From the NCBI GenBank assembly GCA_026914245.1, contig CP110439.1, forward strand, positions 6,634,001 through 6,698,000: DNA of 64,000 bases, given 5' to 3'. The translations under genes were made by a program, and so were the position numbers. The DNA is from Puccinia triticina. Its lineage: Eukaryota. Within the stretch, counting starts at the first letter, position 1. Every line of letters begins with the position of its first letter. The notes beneath the pieces were generated by a model. The model did not search any database. It had not been told where the DNA came from and saw nothing but the letters and a program-made list of their open reading frames with translations. Below are positions 49,620 through 63,741 of the stretch, piece after piece.

Positions 49620-52250
49620 AAAAATCTACATCATCAAAATTGGTGGTTTCTTCAACAAATTGGAGAGCTTCTTGATCCAAAATCTGCTCTTCCTCGTTGT
49701 CAGCGTGATCTCCAAACTCCATGATTATTGTCACCAGTTTCTCCCAAATATCAGTAGGTTTTGTAATGAGCAAATCCCATTGTTTGATTATGTTGTTATT
49801 TGCATCAGGATGATGATTGATGTACCGTTCGCTCCAACGTAAGAGTTTTGTGCACTTAGAATTCCACGACATCCATAAGCGGCAGTGTTCCTTAACCAAA
49901 TTGCAACAGATGGATTGAAGAACAGATTTGGGGATATCGTGTTCAACACAAATGTTGAATATCCTTTGTTGAATCTGATTAGTGAGTGGTCCTATCTCTT
50001 CAAATCCTACAAAACAAATTCATAGAAAGGGTTAGTTTATTATGGTAATGCATTCAAAAGAGAAACATCACCAGTATTCAATGCAATGTATACATCATCA
50101 ATCTTTGATTATTGTTGAATTGCCCACTGGACTGCCTGTCTTGCTTCACGAGCTATCCGGTGAAGTTCATCTTGGCAGTGTGTCTATGTCCGGTAGGCCT
50201 CAATACCTTTTTGTACGTTCAAATCCACCGCCCAAGGCTCGTCTGGGTGACTGAGGGGACCCATGTTCCAAAATGCATCTTCTATTGGAAAGACTTTCAC
50301 ATCATCAAGAGAAGGTGTTGCTAACGGGATCCGAGGTAGAAATTCAGAGTTGTAATCGTGTGCCCTATTATTGTATGCCTGCCATTTTTTCTTCAAAATC
50401 TTGACTTTGGAGGTCATCTGCTTCTTGAATTGTGCCTGCAATCGTCTACCTATTCATAAAAAATACAAAACAGAAAGTAAAAATAAGACAGGAAAAATAT
50501 GCAATTTGATTTCATGAAATGTATGTACCAGATCCCCCACGATCCCACTTTTTTTGCATCTCAATTACTCCAACTTTTGCTTCATAAAGCCTTGATTTGC
50601 TTACTCTCAGCTTGACCAAGGCCTTCGATTCAGAATCTAACAGAAATCAGAGAGCCATTCAGTATTAACCATACAAGTGTGTTACTTAATAGGACTCCAC
50701 TCACCAAAGGCCCCAGGCAAGTTGCAAAAGTTTTCCAAACCAAGTTCTTCAACAATATTATCTATATCATCTTCTAAAGAGGCCACCATACTGGGAAGTT
50801 GCTCCAATTGCTGAATTTGAGCCGCAGTCCTATTCCTCCTCCTTGTGTTGCGGAGTTCAAGCAACTCCTGACTAGTTGGAAATACAAAGTGAAAATTCTG
50901 AAGATTTAAATAATATAAAATAACATACTTTGTCTCACATAGTCTGTCCTCTAATTCAACAAGCACCTCAATTTTATTCATCATTTCCTTCTCAGCTTCA
51001 GTCTCCATCACGGAAAGCTGAATTTCCCGTTGTCGCTCCCACTGGCCTTTCAAGTATTCTCTTGTATGTCCAAAATCTAGCTCCAAGTTGTTCAAAATGT
51101 ATAATGCTTCTCTCATTGTTTCCTCTACATTTTTACCCCTTTCAAAAAGCGAAAGAACTGAAAAATCTCAGGTATTAGCAACCACAAAATCAAGATACAT
51201 ACATTTGACTTTCACATTTTCTCACCTGCGTACATCGTCCCAAGATCATTGTGATGATCAGATCTTAAATCCACCCCAACAAGCCAGTTGTTCTTTGTTG
51301 CATACCTCATCTGTTTGATTAAGGGTGATAAGAAAGCCCATATCCTCTCCATACCTTCACCATCTGACATACCCCATCCATCATTTAACCTCGGATTATA
51401 GTGCAGTTGGCAAGACCACTGGTGGACATACGCGTGGAATACACTGGTTCCAAACATTAGTAGATTTGATTCCAAATGCTCAGGAAATTGATTCCGCTCT
51501 TTGTAAAAAGATTTAATTCACATTAATTTCACAGAGCTTGAGCAGCTACTAAAATGATACATATACATACACAAATGATCCCTTTTTCAATATTACAACC
51601 AATATCATAGAGAAAAGCCAGCTTTTTTCTAAACCCGCCATCATGTTCCCTGGTACTCTCAATCAGCTTAGCTATCATTGTCATCGGTAAATAAGCCCTT
51701 GAGAAAAAATCATAAACCATGTACCTGGTGAGTATTCTATCAATTTTGGAGAGGATAAGTATGGGACTCACTTCTCGCCACTAAGGACAATATTAATCAG
51801 TGCCAGTATTTGATTGTGCCGGCATGCCATCCCAAAAAGGCCTGTCTCATCACACTCTCTCCAGGTCTTCCCATTCCGCACATCATCAGCCGCTGTATGT
51901 TGCTCAGTGCATCGGTCCTAGTAGGTGATAAAAGTTTTAAGAATCAGTCAATTTTTCAGAGAGATAATACTAGGAAAGAGCGCACCGTTGAATTGTTGTT
52001 GGCTTCCTCAGTAGACTTTTGATTCATATTTTGTTCCATATTCGACACATCTTCATGTCAAACAAACAAGGGAGGGCATTTCACATGATTGGGAATCTCA
52101 ACACTTGCTTTCATGTGTCTTTGGTGTTGAAAATTACCATCTATACAGACAATGTAGTCAGGCTCATCATCACGTTTTCCAGATACAGGTGGTCGCTGAT
52201 TTGGCCTTTCACTGCTCAATAACGTGTTGCTCTGCTTGATAAGGGCCAAT
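49620..52250 (-). pseudogene. KDZ (Kyakuja-Dileera-Zisupton) transposase, multi-exon, 5'-truncated
   Basis: Motifs CIDGNFQH, GLFGMACRH, SGEK, FLYDIGC, FHAYVHQWSCQ and GWGMSDGEGMERIW, followed by a coiled-coil C-terminal region. Confidence 0.88.
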
Positions 52251-52689
52251 TTGACCCTTAATTGCTTAATAACATGTTAATTTTCTCGATAACACGTTAC
52301 TTTACTAGTAACGGCTGTACAAAAAAAGGCCAGTTACAATAACCGTGACGCGGCTATTCGCAGGCTAGCACTAACAATAACTCTAAAAATACTAGGTGCA
52401 GCTTGCTACTTTACTCTACAGCCCCGGTTATTGTAGAGTAAAGTAGCGACCCACCATTGAACTTGCAATTGAGATGCAGCAAGCTTCAATAAAGCTTCAG
52501 CTCAAGCTGGAGTCAAGCACCCAAATTCCGTGCTGGTGCACCTGGAGTGTGTACCATGTTCAACATCTCAATGTTGCATGCTGTAGTGCTCATGCAGTAG
52601 GCTGGGGCAAATGAGCATCCCCCTGAGCACCCTTTTAATTTCTTTTATTAAACACTCCATGCACCATTGAATCCAGCCAGAATAACATA

Positions 52690-53080
52690 AACAGGGTATG
52701 TACAGATGAAAGAAATATGTATGCATGAAGGGGAAATGTGAGGAGGTGTATTAAAACATAAAAGGGATATGTACACATGATGAAAGGTGTATTTATGCAT
52801 GAAAGGGGTATGTGCAATAAGGGGGATTTGCACATGAAAGGGATATGTAAAAATCAAAGGGATATGTAAACCTGAATGATAAAAGGGTTATTGAAAGGGA
52901 TCTAATAAACTCAAAGGGTACATTTAAAAATGAAAGGGTCATGAACAAATAATGAAAGGGGTATGTACACATTGTGAAAGGGGTACATGCACATGAAAGG
53001 GATATACACACATGGGGTATGTGCACATAAAGGGCTATGTACACATTGTGAAAGGGATGAATGCATACAAAAGGGGGATG
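52690..53080. repeat. Tandem CATGAAAGGGGTATGTGCA-like repeats
   Basis: About 15 degenerate units. The same motif occurs at 59515-59582. Confidence 0.65.
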
Positions 53081-53709
53081 TTGAATTTTACATTCTGTCT
53101 TTTACATTGCCTGTGGAGCGTAAAACAACAAACACGTAAAATTGCATATTTCACACCAAACAAATAATTTTACATCTATTGGCCTAAATAAGGTACCATG
53201 TTAAATATGAAAAGTAAAGCATGCCATGTAAAAGTGCCTGCTAGGGCATGTCAAGAAAGAAATTACATGCTTTGTTTTACAATGCCAGGCTATTGTAAAA
53301 TTTCACAATGTAAAAGTTGCAATTTGAGGCAATTAAATTAAATTTACATTGTTGGCCTCACAAGGCACCACAAATGTAAAAATTATACAATGTAAAACTC
53401 ACTTATCTTGTCTCAGGATGCAATTTTACATGCTACTCTGTTAACATCCGGCAGAAGCAAATTAGAGAAAAAGGCCAGAAATTGGCCGCAATTAGTAGAA
53501 GTAGGACTGGGCACTCAGCTTACCCGCCTCTTTAAACAGGTAACAGTAGTAACATAACAAAAAAAACACACCAAAAACTGCATCGTGCAACAATGGTTTC
53601 CATTGATTTTCTTGCCAGTAGGCCCCAGCTCGGGGCTGCGTTCTCTCCTAATCGCCATTGGCCATAGGTGTGTAGTATGCTGTATCCCTCAAGACGGCCA
53701 GCTGGTTTA

Positions 53710-54500
53710 TCATGATGATCAAGCTCCAAATAGATTGCCCATTTGGCTGAAAGCAGGATGATAGGCTCCAAACTTTCTTCACACAGTATTTCGTCAATCT
53801 CAGCAACATTCTGCCTGATAAATTGCTCGAAAAATTTTTGAGGCACTTCATCTCGCCGGTTATACCAGGCAGCAGATCTGATTTCTCGGAATGAATGGAA
53901 CTGTTTGGCTGCGGTTTGGTGTTTCATGATTGACTTGAAAATCTCCTTGGGGCCTTCGCCATCATCATCTATTCCTAAGTGAATGTGAAGCAGTCGAGTA
54001 ATCCTGAAACAAAATTCAAAATTCAATTAACTCTGCTAGGGATGAGCATATAGCCTCTTGCGCAATTGGAACTTACAATATGATCTCGGTAAAGTTGGCA
54101 ACAGGAGTTTTACCTGATAAGACCCAGGTGCTACAAGACTTGATGGTTCCAACGGCTAGTCGTTCTCGACCTCCCAGATAGGTATATTCATCAATCACTC
54201 CGCGACGCCAGCTGTACTTTGAGAGGTCAATGAGTGGTCACAATGCAGCTTCCCAAGAATGAAGAGAATCAACGCACTAAAACATATGCAGAGGCGGACA
54301 GTGCATCTGAGACCATTCCGATACAACAACCACATCAGCCTCTTGTAAGTCACTGATATGTGTTGAATTCAAGTCAGTCATGTTGATGATTTGTTGGACC
54401 TTGGTGGTGCGCTTGCCGGTAAACTTCGGAAACTCGGTCGGCCATTGACCCAAAAAGTGAGGTGGAACGAAAACTAGCGTGGTGTTCAATCTGATATGGC
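53710..54500 (-). pseudogene. DMT5: Fragment of the SNF2 ATPase region of a DNMT5-family cytosine methyltransferase, introns retained
   Basis: TLVFVPPHFLGQW; MHCPPLHMF; WRRGVIDEYTYL...WVLSGKTP; HLGIDDD...QTAAKQFHSFRE...FIRQNVAEIDEI...AIYLELDH. Confidence 0.75.
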
Positions 54501-55478
54501 CGTGCGTCTGAATGATCAGAGTTGCTCAGGTCGACGAGGTATGGCAAACTGTTCGCGTTGCTTGGCTGGAGGATCCTTCTTGTTACTACAAAGGTGAAAG
54601 TTGATTTTTGGGCAAAGGAGCAAGGCAGCACTGGATTCATGCCCGGCAGTTAGCCTCCAAGAGTGATTGAAAGCCCCACTAAGAGCCGAGACGGGAAATC
54701 GGGCTACGGATCGACAAAATACATAGAATAGCAAAGTTGACGCCAATTTTCATCTCTCCGCAACCGTTGATCAGTCAAAGATGAGTAACAAAAGGGGCCG
54801 GTCGGGTTTTCAATGCCTATCGGAGTTCAGACATTGGCAGGATGAGCAAAGAGTTTGAAAATTGGACCAAACTCATGGATAAAGGATGACTGACCTGCTT
54901 CCACTACATCTTCATGCGGCACAAAAGTACTCTTGGCCTTGTTTTGCTTCAAAAGCCATTGCACAGTTGTTGGCAAAGGAGCACATCTCTGGCAATTCTG
55001 TGCACACTGTGTGAGAAAAATAAACTCAGGTCAGTATGTGAAGCTTAGAAAGATCTACAGGCAATATTGAAATGAAGGAAAAAATTATTGAATCTGTCCG
55101 AGGGGGTGGGGAGCTCTTCAGGTACATACCGTTGATGTTGAGACCTCGATTTGAGTGAATGCAACGGTGTTCCGCGGTCAAAGGCGTCAAACGATGAGGG
55201 GATCTGCGGCCATTGGTTGACTGGATATCCATTGAGGCTCATTGAGGTGATGTTCCAAAATGGGAGCGTCATGCGCTGTCATGCAGGGTTAACTCTGAGG
55301 ATGATGAGGAAGTGTAAGAGTTAGTATGTAAATTTAGTTTCTCCCGCAGGGATTAGCAGATTTGCATGCTCCGCATAGGTCATGTTTTGCCCTCAGGTGT
55401 GAAATTGTCACTGCGGCGCCACCGGATACGTTTTTACAAGGTGTGTGTAACATGGCACAAGTTTACATGGGATGGTTT

Positions 55479-58400
55479 TAGAGATGTTGACTTTGCATCC
55501 GGGTACCCGCGCGTGTTCGGATACCCGCTGCTTTTTTTTCCCAATTTCTCACATCCGCATCCGCATCCGCATCCGATGGCGGATACCCGCTGTTATGGGC
55601 GGATACCCGCGCGGGTATCAGCGGATACCCGCCCCTCAAAACTCACTAAGACACAAAAGTTATGTTTTCATTGCTATATGGCATCACTGTGATGACAATA
55701 TCAATCCACTGTCACCACAGGAGCCTTCATTCTTGACTTGATCTTGTTCTTGCGCTTTTCTAAGTACTCGTGAAGAGCAAGAGGTGGAATCTTGTCGTTC
55801 TTTGAGTAGAACGACAAGGCCATGCCTCGACCTACCGATTTTGGATGGAGGTTGTGTCTCCTGGCAGAGACATACTCCCGGCCAAAATTGAAGGTACGCT
55901 CCACATCGACTGTCGTCGCTATTAATCAACCAAGATCACATTCAGGAAACCATAAAATGATGAGATACTTGAGGAAAATCTCACCTACCTGGGCAAGACA
56001 AGACGTCGAGGGCCATTTGTAACAGCCCATGATGTGTATTTCCACTGCGTTTCTGCTCCGCCCACCAAGTGAGACCGTTAAGTGGTTCGCTGTCTTCCAA
56101 AAAGAGCCCACCGCTGAGCCATATATCCACAGGGTCCGACGAAGCTTTGGCTGATCTTGCTAATGCGGCCGCCCCGAGCCCTGCCAAAACGCCGGATGGC
56201 TGTAGGAAGATTAAGTCAGACAAGGACAAAGAATCTAGAGGAGAGCTTTGAGTTACCTTTGGGGATCCTTTTTTGGCTGGTTTTGGCGCTGCGGTAGGTT
56301 GTCTTGGCTTATACCAGGTATTATACATGTCCCGAGTGAGATTTATTGCCTCGTTGATCCAGGACTGAGGCCACTTAGCTAGCTTAAAGTATTCATCTTT
56401 AAAAGATGGATGCAGCACTTCAAGTTTAGAAAAACAATTGAATTCATTAGAAACATTTATCATGAAATAGAAATGGGCTCGATGAAAAGACTCACCCATG
56501 GCTATCCTGTAAATCGGTGAGCAGTCAGTAAGAGAGTAATACTTGTTTGTGATTGCAAGGCCCGATGGACAGGCGTTTCTTAAAGCAGGAGGGTAGTGTC
56601 CATCTGTATTTGCAATCACCGTTGACAGATTTGCTGTTATTTGATCGATCATCACAACCACCTGAGCCACGCGAGCTGATCCTGTTTTTGATATTTCCAG
56701 TGTAATTTCGTAGAAAGGTTTGAGGAGCTGGACCAGGTCGGCTGCCAAGTCAAGGTCCTCTTGGGTCACATGAAGGTTGCGCGGCGTCCCGAACTGCTTA
56801 TCGCGCTGCCATATGATGCTGGTATGAACAAGATGTCAGGTTTGATGACCCGCAGAGTGTTAACAATTCAATTGTACTTACAGGGCATCCTCACATCGGA
56901 CAATGCTCTTAATTTGCATGTAGGTGGAGTTCCAGCGTGTTGGGACGTCACGCTTGATGCTGTGCGGTTTTTTGACTTGGTTTTCTTTGCAAACCTCGAC
57001 GAACTTCGCTTTGGAGTTTGGAGACTTCTTGAGCTTGTTTGCAATCCCTCAGAACTGTAGGGAACCGTTGGGTCATTGTTAACTAACAGAAGATAATGTA
57101 ACGATCATGTGAGACTGAGTGAAACAAACTTGCCTTTGCAAGGGTTCGGCAACACATTTCCGAACTATAAGTATCTCCTGGTCCTTCCTCTTCGAGGTCT
57201 TCCAGATCAGCCAAAGTGAGCTCATCTTTGTCAGCGAGCTCACCATCGATTTCTGCAGGTTCATCGGCGGTATCAATTTCTGATGGTTGATTGCTTCGGA
57301 TAGAATCCGCTTCATCATCTGATTCACGTTGGTCAGGATCTTTGAAGCTGTAGATGCAATTATCACATATCAGCTAGTTTGAACACCAAAATACTGAGAG
57401 TGTCAGTTATCAGCATATTTATCAATAAGATCACATGCTTCCTCTTCTTCATCCGAATCCTCAAACTCGGCAGCCCCTGAGGTCGTTTTTTTGACACGTG
57501 CAAACGGTCGAAGTATGGCCTTGACAATAAGATTTAGGATATGTGCAAAGCACCGTATCCACTGCGTCTCCCCTTGGAAACGCTTCCAATTGAGTTTAGC
57601 CAACTCACCAATCATTGTCTTGTTATTTGCCGCGTTTTCAGAGACGATACCAAAGATCTAAAGAGAGGAAGAGAGCAAAGAGCAGGGTTAGAGGGAAGTG
57701 AAATCAAGCCAGAATATGAAAAGACAATTCTCACCCGATTGGTCAAGCCAAACTTCTCAACAATATACTGGACCATTCGAGCCAAGTATTCACCGGTGTG
57801 CCGCTCTTTAAGCTGAACGAAGTCAAGCGGGGATGCTTCTAATCCAACATTACCGGCACTATCTTCGGAAAGGCGGTATATCACCGTGCCAATGATGTCA
57901 TAACCATTGGGAGTCTGCCATGCATCCACTCCTAAGTACAGCGCCCCCTCATGGTGCTGAATATCTCGAGCAATAGTCAATCAAAAAGGAAATCAAACAA
58001 AATGAAATATGGGCGCACCTTCAATTCCATACATAACCTTTCCTGAACCGCTAAGTATAACATGTGGACGGCCTTGGCGACCGTATTTCGACTTGGTAGA
58101 TACTTGAGGATTGTCGGATGTAGAAAGTTCTTGAGGCTTCTATCTTCCAAGGCCGAGAACGGCTTGGCACCCTCGGCGCACCAGATGGCACATCTTTGTG
58201 TAACCTAAAGAGAGTGAGAGTCAACAGACGATTCAGTTGAATGAAAATATGATCTTCTACTAATCAAAAAACACCCACCTCCCGTGGGTCAATGTCTCCC
58301 GTGCCGGATATGCCAACCGATGCCAGTGTCTTGTTACTTGAAGGTATTTGCTGCTTCCTCAGACATCGGCCTGCATGCGTGAGGAGATTGCTGCACGATG

Positions 58401-59396
58401 ATTCGTATGTTGGTCGATTGATAGTCTTACAACATCTGAAAGGTGCAAGTCTTTGATTAGTTTTCATCCATTGATAGAAATAGCATGTCGTGGCTACGGG
58501 CGTTGGAGGCGACTGGTTTGAGCTCAGTTGACAGAGATGGGGTGGTTGAAGGCGGCCAAGAACCACACGAGCCCCTTTAGTGCCCTGATGGTCGTCAGCC
58601 TTAAGCCGTGCGAGCGATCAGGGTACATACTGGGGGACAAGGGGCGCTTGGAGATTGATGATGGGTTTGCGGTCGGTGATGGTTGGTCTCGCGAAATAGC
58701 AGAAAATAAACTCACGTCTTACACTTCCATGCGATCATGCGGCGTTTGAATTTATCAAGCTGATTGGAAAGTGTCGGTGTCTCATAGGAAGCATAAGCTG
58801 AACTGACTTGGTTGCATGCGAGCCTCTGTGCATGATCTACATGCAAAAGGGTTAGCTGGAGGAGCAATGAATGACTAGAATATTCTTGAAGTACTTACAA
58901 AGGCGCTGCTCGTCGGTTGAATCGGTTGCCATAGGGGTGGATGATTCTCCATTGTCACGTTCATCTTGTGACTCCACGGTGGTTCGATTGGCCTCGTTTT
59001 CTGGTGATGGTGATGGTGGAATGATCGATCGGGGGCGCTTGCGTCGGTTCATGATGTGGTGGTAGGATGATATGGTCCGGATCGGAGGATATAGTTGGGG
59101 TGGGAGGACATATAGGGGAGCAGGGGTCGGGGAACGGGGCCAAGGGGCGGGCGGGGTGCGGGGTGCGGGGCCAAGAGTACAGAGGCTGGGTCAAAGATTG
59201 TGTGTTGTGCAGCTGCGGCGCAAAGACCCTGGGATGAGCGGATAACCGACGGAATACCCGGGTATCCTCTGGTTTTTACCAGCAAACCAGACATCCGCAT
59301 CCGCATCCGCATCCCCTGGCGGGTATCCGCCAGCCTTGGCGGATACCCGCCAGAGGATAGCGGATACCCGCAACGGGTTCGAAGTCAACATCTCTA
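55479..59396 (-). mobile_element. Full-length hAT transposon (3918 bp), 8-bp TSD GATGGTTT, multi-exon transposase with at least one nonsense codon
   Basis: TIR TAGAGATGTTGACTT / AAGTCAACATCTCTA and GGATACCCGC subterminal repeats. Motifs VDAWQ, IRCFAHILNL, DVPTRWNSTY, LHP, WW and DVERTF. In-frame TGA near 57050. Confidence 0.95.
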
Positions 59397-60659
59397 GATG
59401 GTTTTGCACGGACCAATGTGAATTTATTTTTGCACCTGGTAAGATGTAATTTTACATTGATGTTTTTTACATTGCCCAAAGCGTGTAAATAATAAAGTGT
59501 AAAATTAATCCACCCCATACAAAAGGGATATATATATGCACATGAAAGGGGTATGTGCACATGAAAGGGGAATTTGCACAGGTATCAACTCCTGCACTTA
59601 GTTTTTTGTACCTTGGACTCACTCTTGCATAAATTAAACAATGTGCATGGAATCAACCAGTGCTTGATTCTTGCATGAGGCACAGCTTGCCTTGAGCTCT
59701 TGCATCTCAACTGCAAGAAGTTTCTAGAGTTTTTCTTGCAGTGCTTTGGGGTGACAAAAATGGTTGGAAAAAAAAAATGGTTGGAACTCATTTTGCTCAG
59801 CGGTCTACTGACATTCAAGGCTCGCCTAGAAGGTGCCACGCCTTGCCATCACCTGTAGGACGCCACAAGTTCCGAGACTAAGACGCCACAACTGCTGATT
59901 GCTTGGCAGAGGCTGCAACTCTGGATCTCACCCTATCTGGCGGCATGACTCTTGAGCTCCCAGTAGACACCACAGCTGACCATCTCCTGTTGATAACCAA
60001 TCTTTGGCTTGGCAGTGGACTTGAACTGATTTCCAGACACCAGCCACTCAAGCCCCTCCTCATTATCATGATAGATCTGGCTCTTTCTCACCGGCATCAG
60101 CCTTACTTGGTGCTATCCTCCAAATGGATTGACGTCTTCACCATCACCGCGGTCAAGTGTGTTGAAGAAGTACCTCAACATGCCATAAGACCGCAAAGAG
60201 ATGGCGGCAAGAGCTAACACTCACATGACACAAGGGAATGACTTATTCCTTTTAGAGTTTTATGGCCTCCTTTGGGATATTTATCTGAGCAAGGACTTTC
60301 AAAGTGCATCAATTAGAAATCACTTAATTAGGGAACCTCCTTGGATTGTGGATTCACCAGTTAATTTACTAGACATATTCTTGGAATGAGAAACATACCA
60401 AGCCCAAGAAATTAAAACTCAGTCGTGATTTGAGCTTTCTACTTCTTCTTTTATAGCTCTTCATATCCTTAGCTTTCTTCTCCCCCTTTGCTATCCAGTT
60501 TTCATTCTCATCTTTACTTCATCAGAAGCTTGTTTCAATGCCTGGTTGACCCTTATCACTTGCCTCAGTTAGAATCTTGTTATTCAGTGGTGTGTCACTA
60601 TCAAGACCACCCCTGACCCTTAATCAGGATCTTTGAAGTTCATGATTTTGCTATGGGTA

Positions 60660-60689
60660 CTAGAGGCCAAGGCGGCTTCGCCGCTGCAG
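60660..60689 (-). mobile_element. Helitron-type 3' terminus
   Basis: The minus strand reads TGCAGCGGCGAAGCCGCCTTGGCCTCTAG|T. Confidence 0.65.
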
Positions 60690-61474
60690 ATTTCAGGTTC
60701 AGTCCTATAGTCTTGTGCTTAATCTCCCTTCAAGTATGTGGTGTGAAGTTCACACCACATACTTGGCCCATGCAGCCCTCAAATCTCTCAGACTTCCCAC
60801 TCTTCATCTCCCTTGAGACACCTCCCCTGAGTTTCCCTCCCTAGGGAGGATCACCCTACCCAGTACCCACCCACCCACCTGAATCAAGTTCAATAAAAAT
60901 CAACATTTTTTTCTACGCCTCTTTATAGATTGGTCTTGAACTTCCTACTATCATCAACTCTCTGATTTAGGATTGCCTGTGACCTAGCTATTCATGGCAT
61001 GAGGGAATATGAGGGCACAATTATGTGTTGGTAGCTTAGTTTCCTTAGGTGCTACAATATGTTTATTGCAACTTCACATGGAGTTGAGCTGGTTCCTTGA
61101 AAATTAATGCTTGATCCCAAGGACCATGCTCTTGAGGAAGTGCTTTCAAATTAAACAACACAGAAGTTATTTAACCACCAAAGAGCCTACCTGCGTACAA
61201 TTTGTTTGTGATTTACATGCTATTGGCTCAAATTTATATCCAAACATAGCCAGTTTGGATACCAAACTATGTTTGGAGATGATACTTTTGTGCTTGGTCT
61301 TGAGCCTTGATGGATGCTGTCCTCAAGAAGTTAAGTGCAAGCTAACATGTATGTTGTTAAATTGCGTAAAATGATTGTACAGCTTTCATGACTAATCTGG
61401 AATTAATGGGCCTGTAGGTACAAGCATTGGCAGCGGCGGAGGCAAACAAGTCGTTTTGGAGCCGTTTGATTCTC

Positions 61475-61790
61475 CACATGAAGAGGTGGTTTGGCTGAAG
61501 GAGGATGTTGAGTCTGCAGGAGCGGACCATGAGGTACGCGGACATGAGGCCGAGCCGGCAATGTTTCATGACGTGTGCGATGACGATGGAGGCGCTGCGA
61601 CTGACGCCGACAAGGCAATGCACGAGCACCTTTCCCCCGGCGACGCGACAGGCCTCGATGAACGCCACGGCGCGCTCGATGTGCGGCCGGATCAAGTCCA
61701 TCCCGTCGTCTGCCACGCCCTTCATGTCCAACATCTCCATAGTTCCGCTCGTCCATTCGTGCCACAGCGAGTTCACAACACACGGCGTCG
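61475..61790 (-). pseudogene. Catalytic-domain fragment of a dual-specificity protein phosphatase (Pps1-like)
   Basis: DDG.D...VLVHCLVGVSRSASIVIA...AYLMVR..RLN...QPN (HCX5R). The flanking sequence is unrelated. Confidence 0.8.
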
Positions 61791-62876
61791 GCTGCGAACG
61801 GCGCCCCAAAGCGGCCGTTCTGTTGGTGCTGGTGGTGTGGGGCGAAAAGAATATTCCAAGAAGGCTGCAGGATTTTGCAATGCGGCCACCAGGAATTCCA
61901 GTACTGAACAATAAAACAGAGGAATTGGATGGCCTGCAGACTTTACCAATGTCGCCTCACCTGTCTTTTTTGAGGCCCAATGCTAAACCCAAGTTCTCCC
62001 CATCACCCTTGAGATCCTTGTTCACATGATTCATCGCCGCGATAGAGACTGAAAACAGTCACCGGCTCGACTCCCAGGAGCCAATGGAGCTTACCAAGTG
62101 CGAAGGCGCGGTGCGTGGTGGACAATTGCTGAGATGATTGTGTTGGCCAACGTCAAGGCCGAGTGCAAGCATTGGATCGGCGGAAGAACACAATGACTGG
62201 CGGAAGGGCGCTGGGGGTCTTGGCAGATGGACAAGGCTGAACGGGATCTTTGGGAACCGGAGAAGCAGGGAGGCCAGTCAGGGCAAAGAGAAGATCGACG
62301 ACGAGTCCCATCAGATGACGCTGGTCGATGCGCGCAAAAACAAAAACAAAAGACTCACCTAGCAGCACCTCAAACATTAGCCCAAAATGAGTTGAACCCG
62401 ACATTGTCGGGTGATCTTGTGTGATGGCTGGCGGCGGTGGGGTTTGGAGTGAAGGCACGAGATTTGGAGTGTACGGGCGGTGTGGAGTGATGGGTGGGGA
62501 TATCGGACAAGTGAAAGTCGCGCGGGATTGAAGCCGGTTTCAAGCCAGCGGGATTCCAGACATCTGGCGGGGATTCTCAGTCTACGACTGGGCTCGCGTG
62601 CACGTGCAATCCCAGTCTAACACTGGCTGGTTGGAGGTTACATAGGTCCTGGAGACCTGGTTGTGTTCTCAATGGTGAGCCCAGCACCATCGGATTCTGG
62701 GCTTCCCAGCGCCGCGGTAGATTGTGGCTGGGGTGAAGTGTATTTAAGGGTGCTTGTCGGTAGGAGTCCTAGTTTGCCGAGTATCTCGCAACGGTCGGGA
62801 GGCTTGCGGTGGCAGTCTTGGTGTTTTCTTGCGATGGGTGACGGTCAGGAAAGAGAAGTGAGGGTGGAGGGTGCGC

Positions 62877-63200
62877 CTATAAATAGAGCGGCCTCTGGCA
62901 AAGTGGAATTGCCAGTCGACTCGCTGTGCTGCACTTCCAGCCAGTGAGTTGACTCAAGCCCCTCCGCTGCTGTGTTTGCACAGTTTGAGGGTGAAAGGTG
63001 ATGACCCCCCTTTGCAACTTGCCTTAAATGCGGCGCGCTGGGGGTCATCTGCCCAATACTTGCACCCTCTCTAGAAGAGGATGGGTATTGGGCTGGGTGT
63101 TTTTTTGGGCTGTTTTTTATTTTTATTTTTTTATTTTGATTATTTTGTAGGGGAAACCCTTGATTTTTGTTTTTGTGATTGTCTGTCTTTAATAAACTCA
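62877..63200 (+). repeat. Dispersed repeat, copy 3
   Basis: CTATAAATAG...CCCCCTTTGCAACTTGCCTTAAATGCGGCGCGCTGGGGG...GGGAAACCCTTG...CTTTAATAAAC. Confidence 0.7.
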
Positions 63201-63741
63201 GATGTGATGAAACCAAACAAGTGAACTGGACAGGGAAAGAGAATATGAATGCATGATTTCAATCTCATGTTGGGGAAAGTTCTGGAGGACTTAGTGAAAT
63301 TCTCATTTCATTTTGAACTAAGGGTCTGTACCATAGGGCATGAAAATTGAAATTTTCCAAATTAATCTTGCTAAAATATTCTTAGAACTATGGTAAAGGA
63401 CCCAAGAATATGAAGTGACCAGCAATTTCACAGCAGTGACCAACAAGTTTTGCTCAGAATGTGAAAGTGCAACAGAAGAAGGGGTTGAAACCAACCCCCA
63501 GCTATGATTGAATTGTAAGGAACAGCATGGGGATCCATCAATCTTTCAATAGCTCCCACTCATACAAATATTTTGTTGTTGATAGTTGGTAATCTGGAAA
63601 ACAGTGAAGAATCTGGAAGAATATAGTTCCTTTGCCTTGAGGCTCATTCAAAAAATCTAATCCACCCCCAGGCCATTGGTGAGGGTCAAAGCCTTTCCGG
63701 GTAGCAGGTTTGATTCAATACTTGATGATTATGTTTTTATT

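Noticed and set aside
59880..60230. 104-aa ORF
   Set aside because: No recognisable domain or element boundaries.
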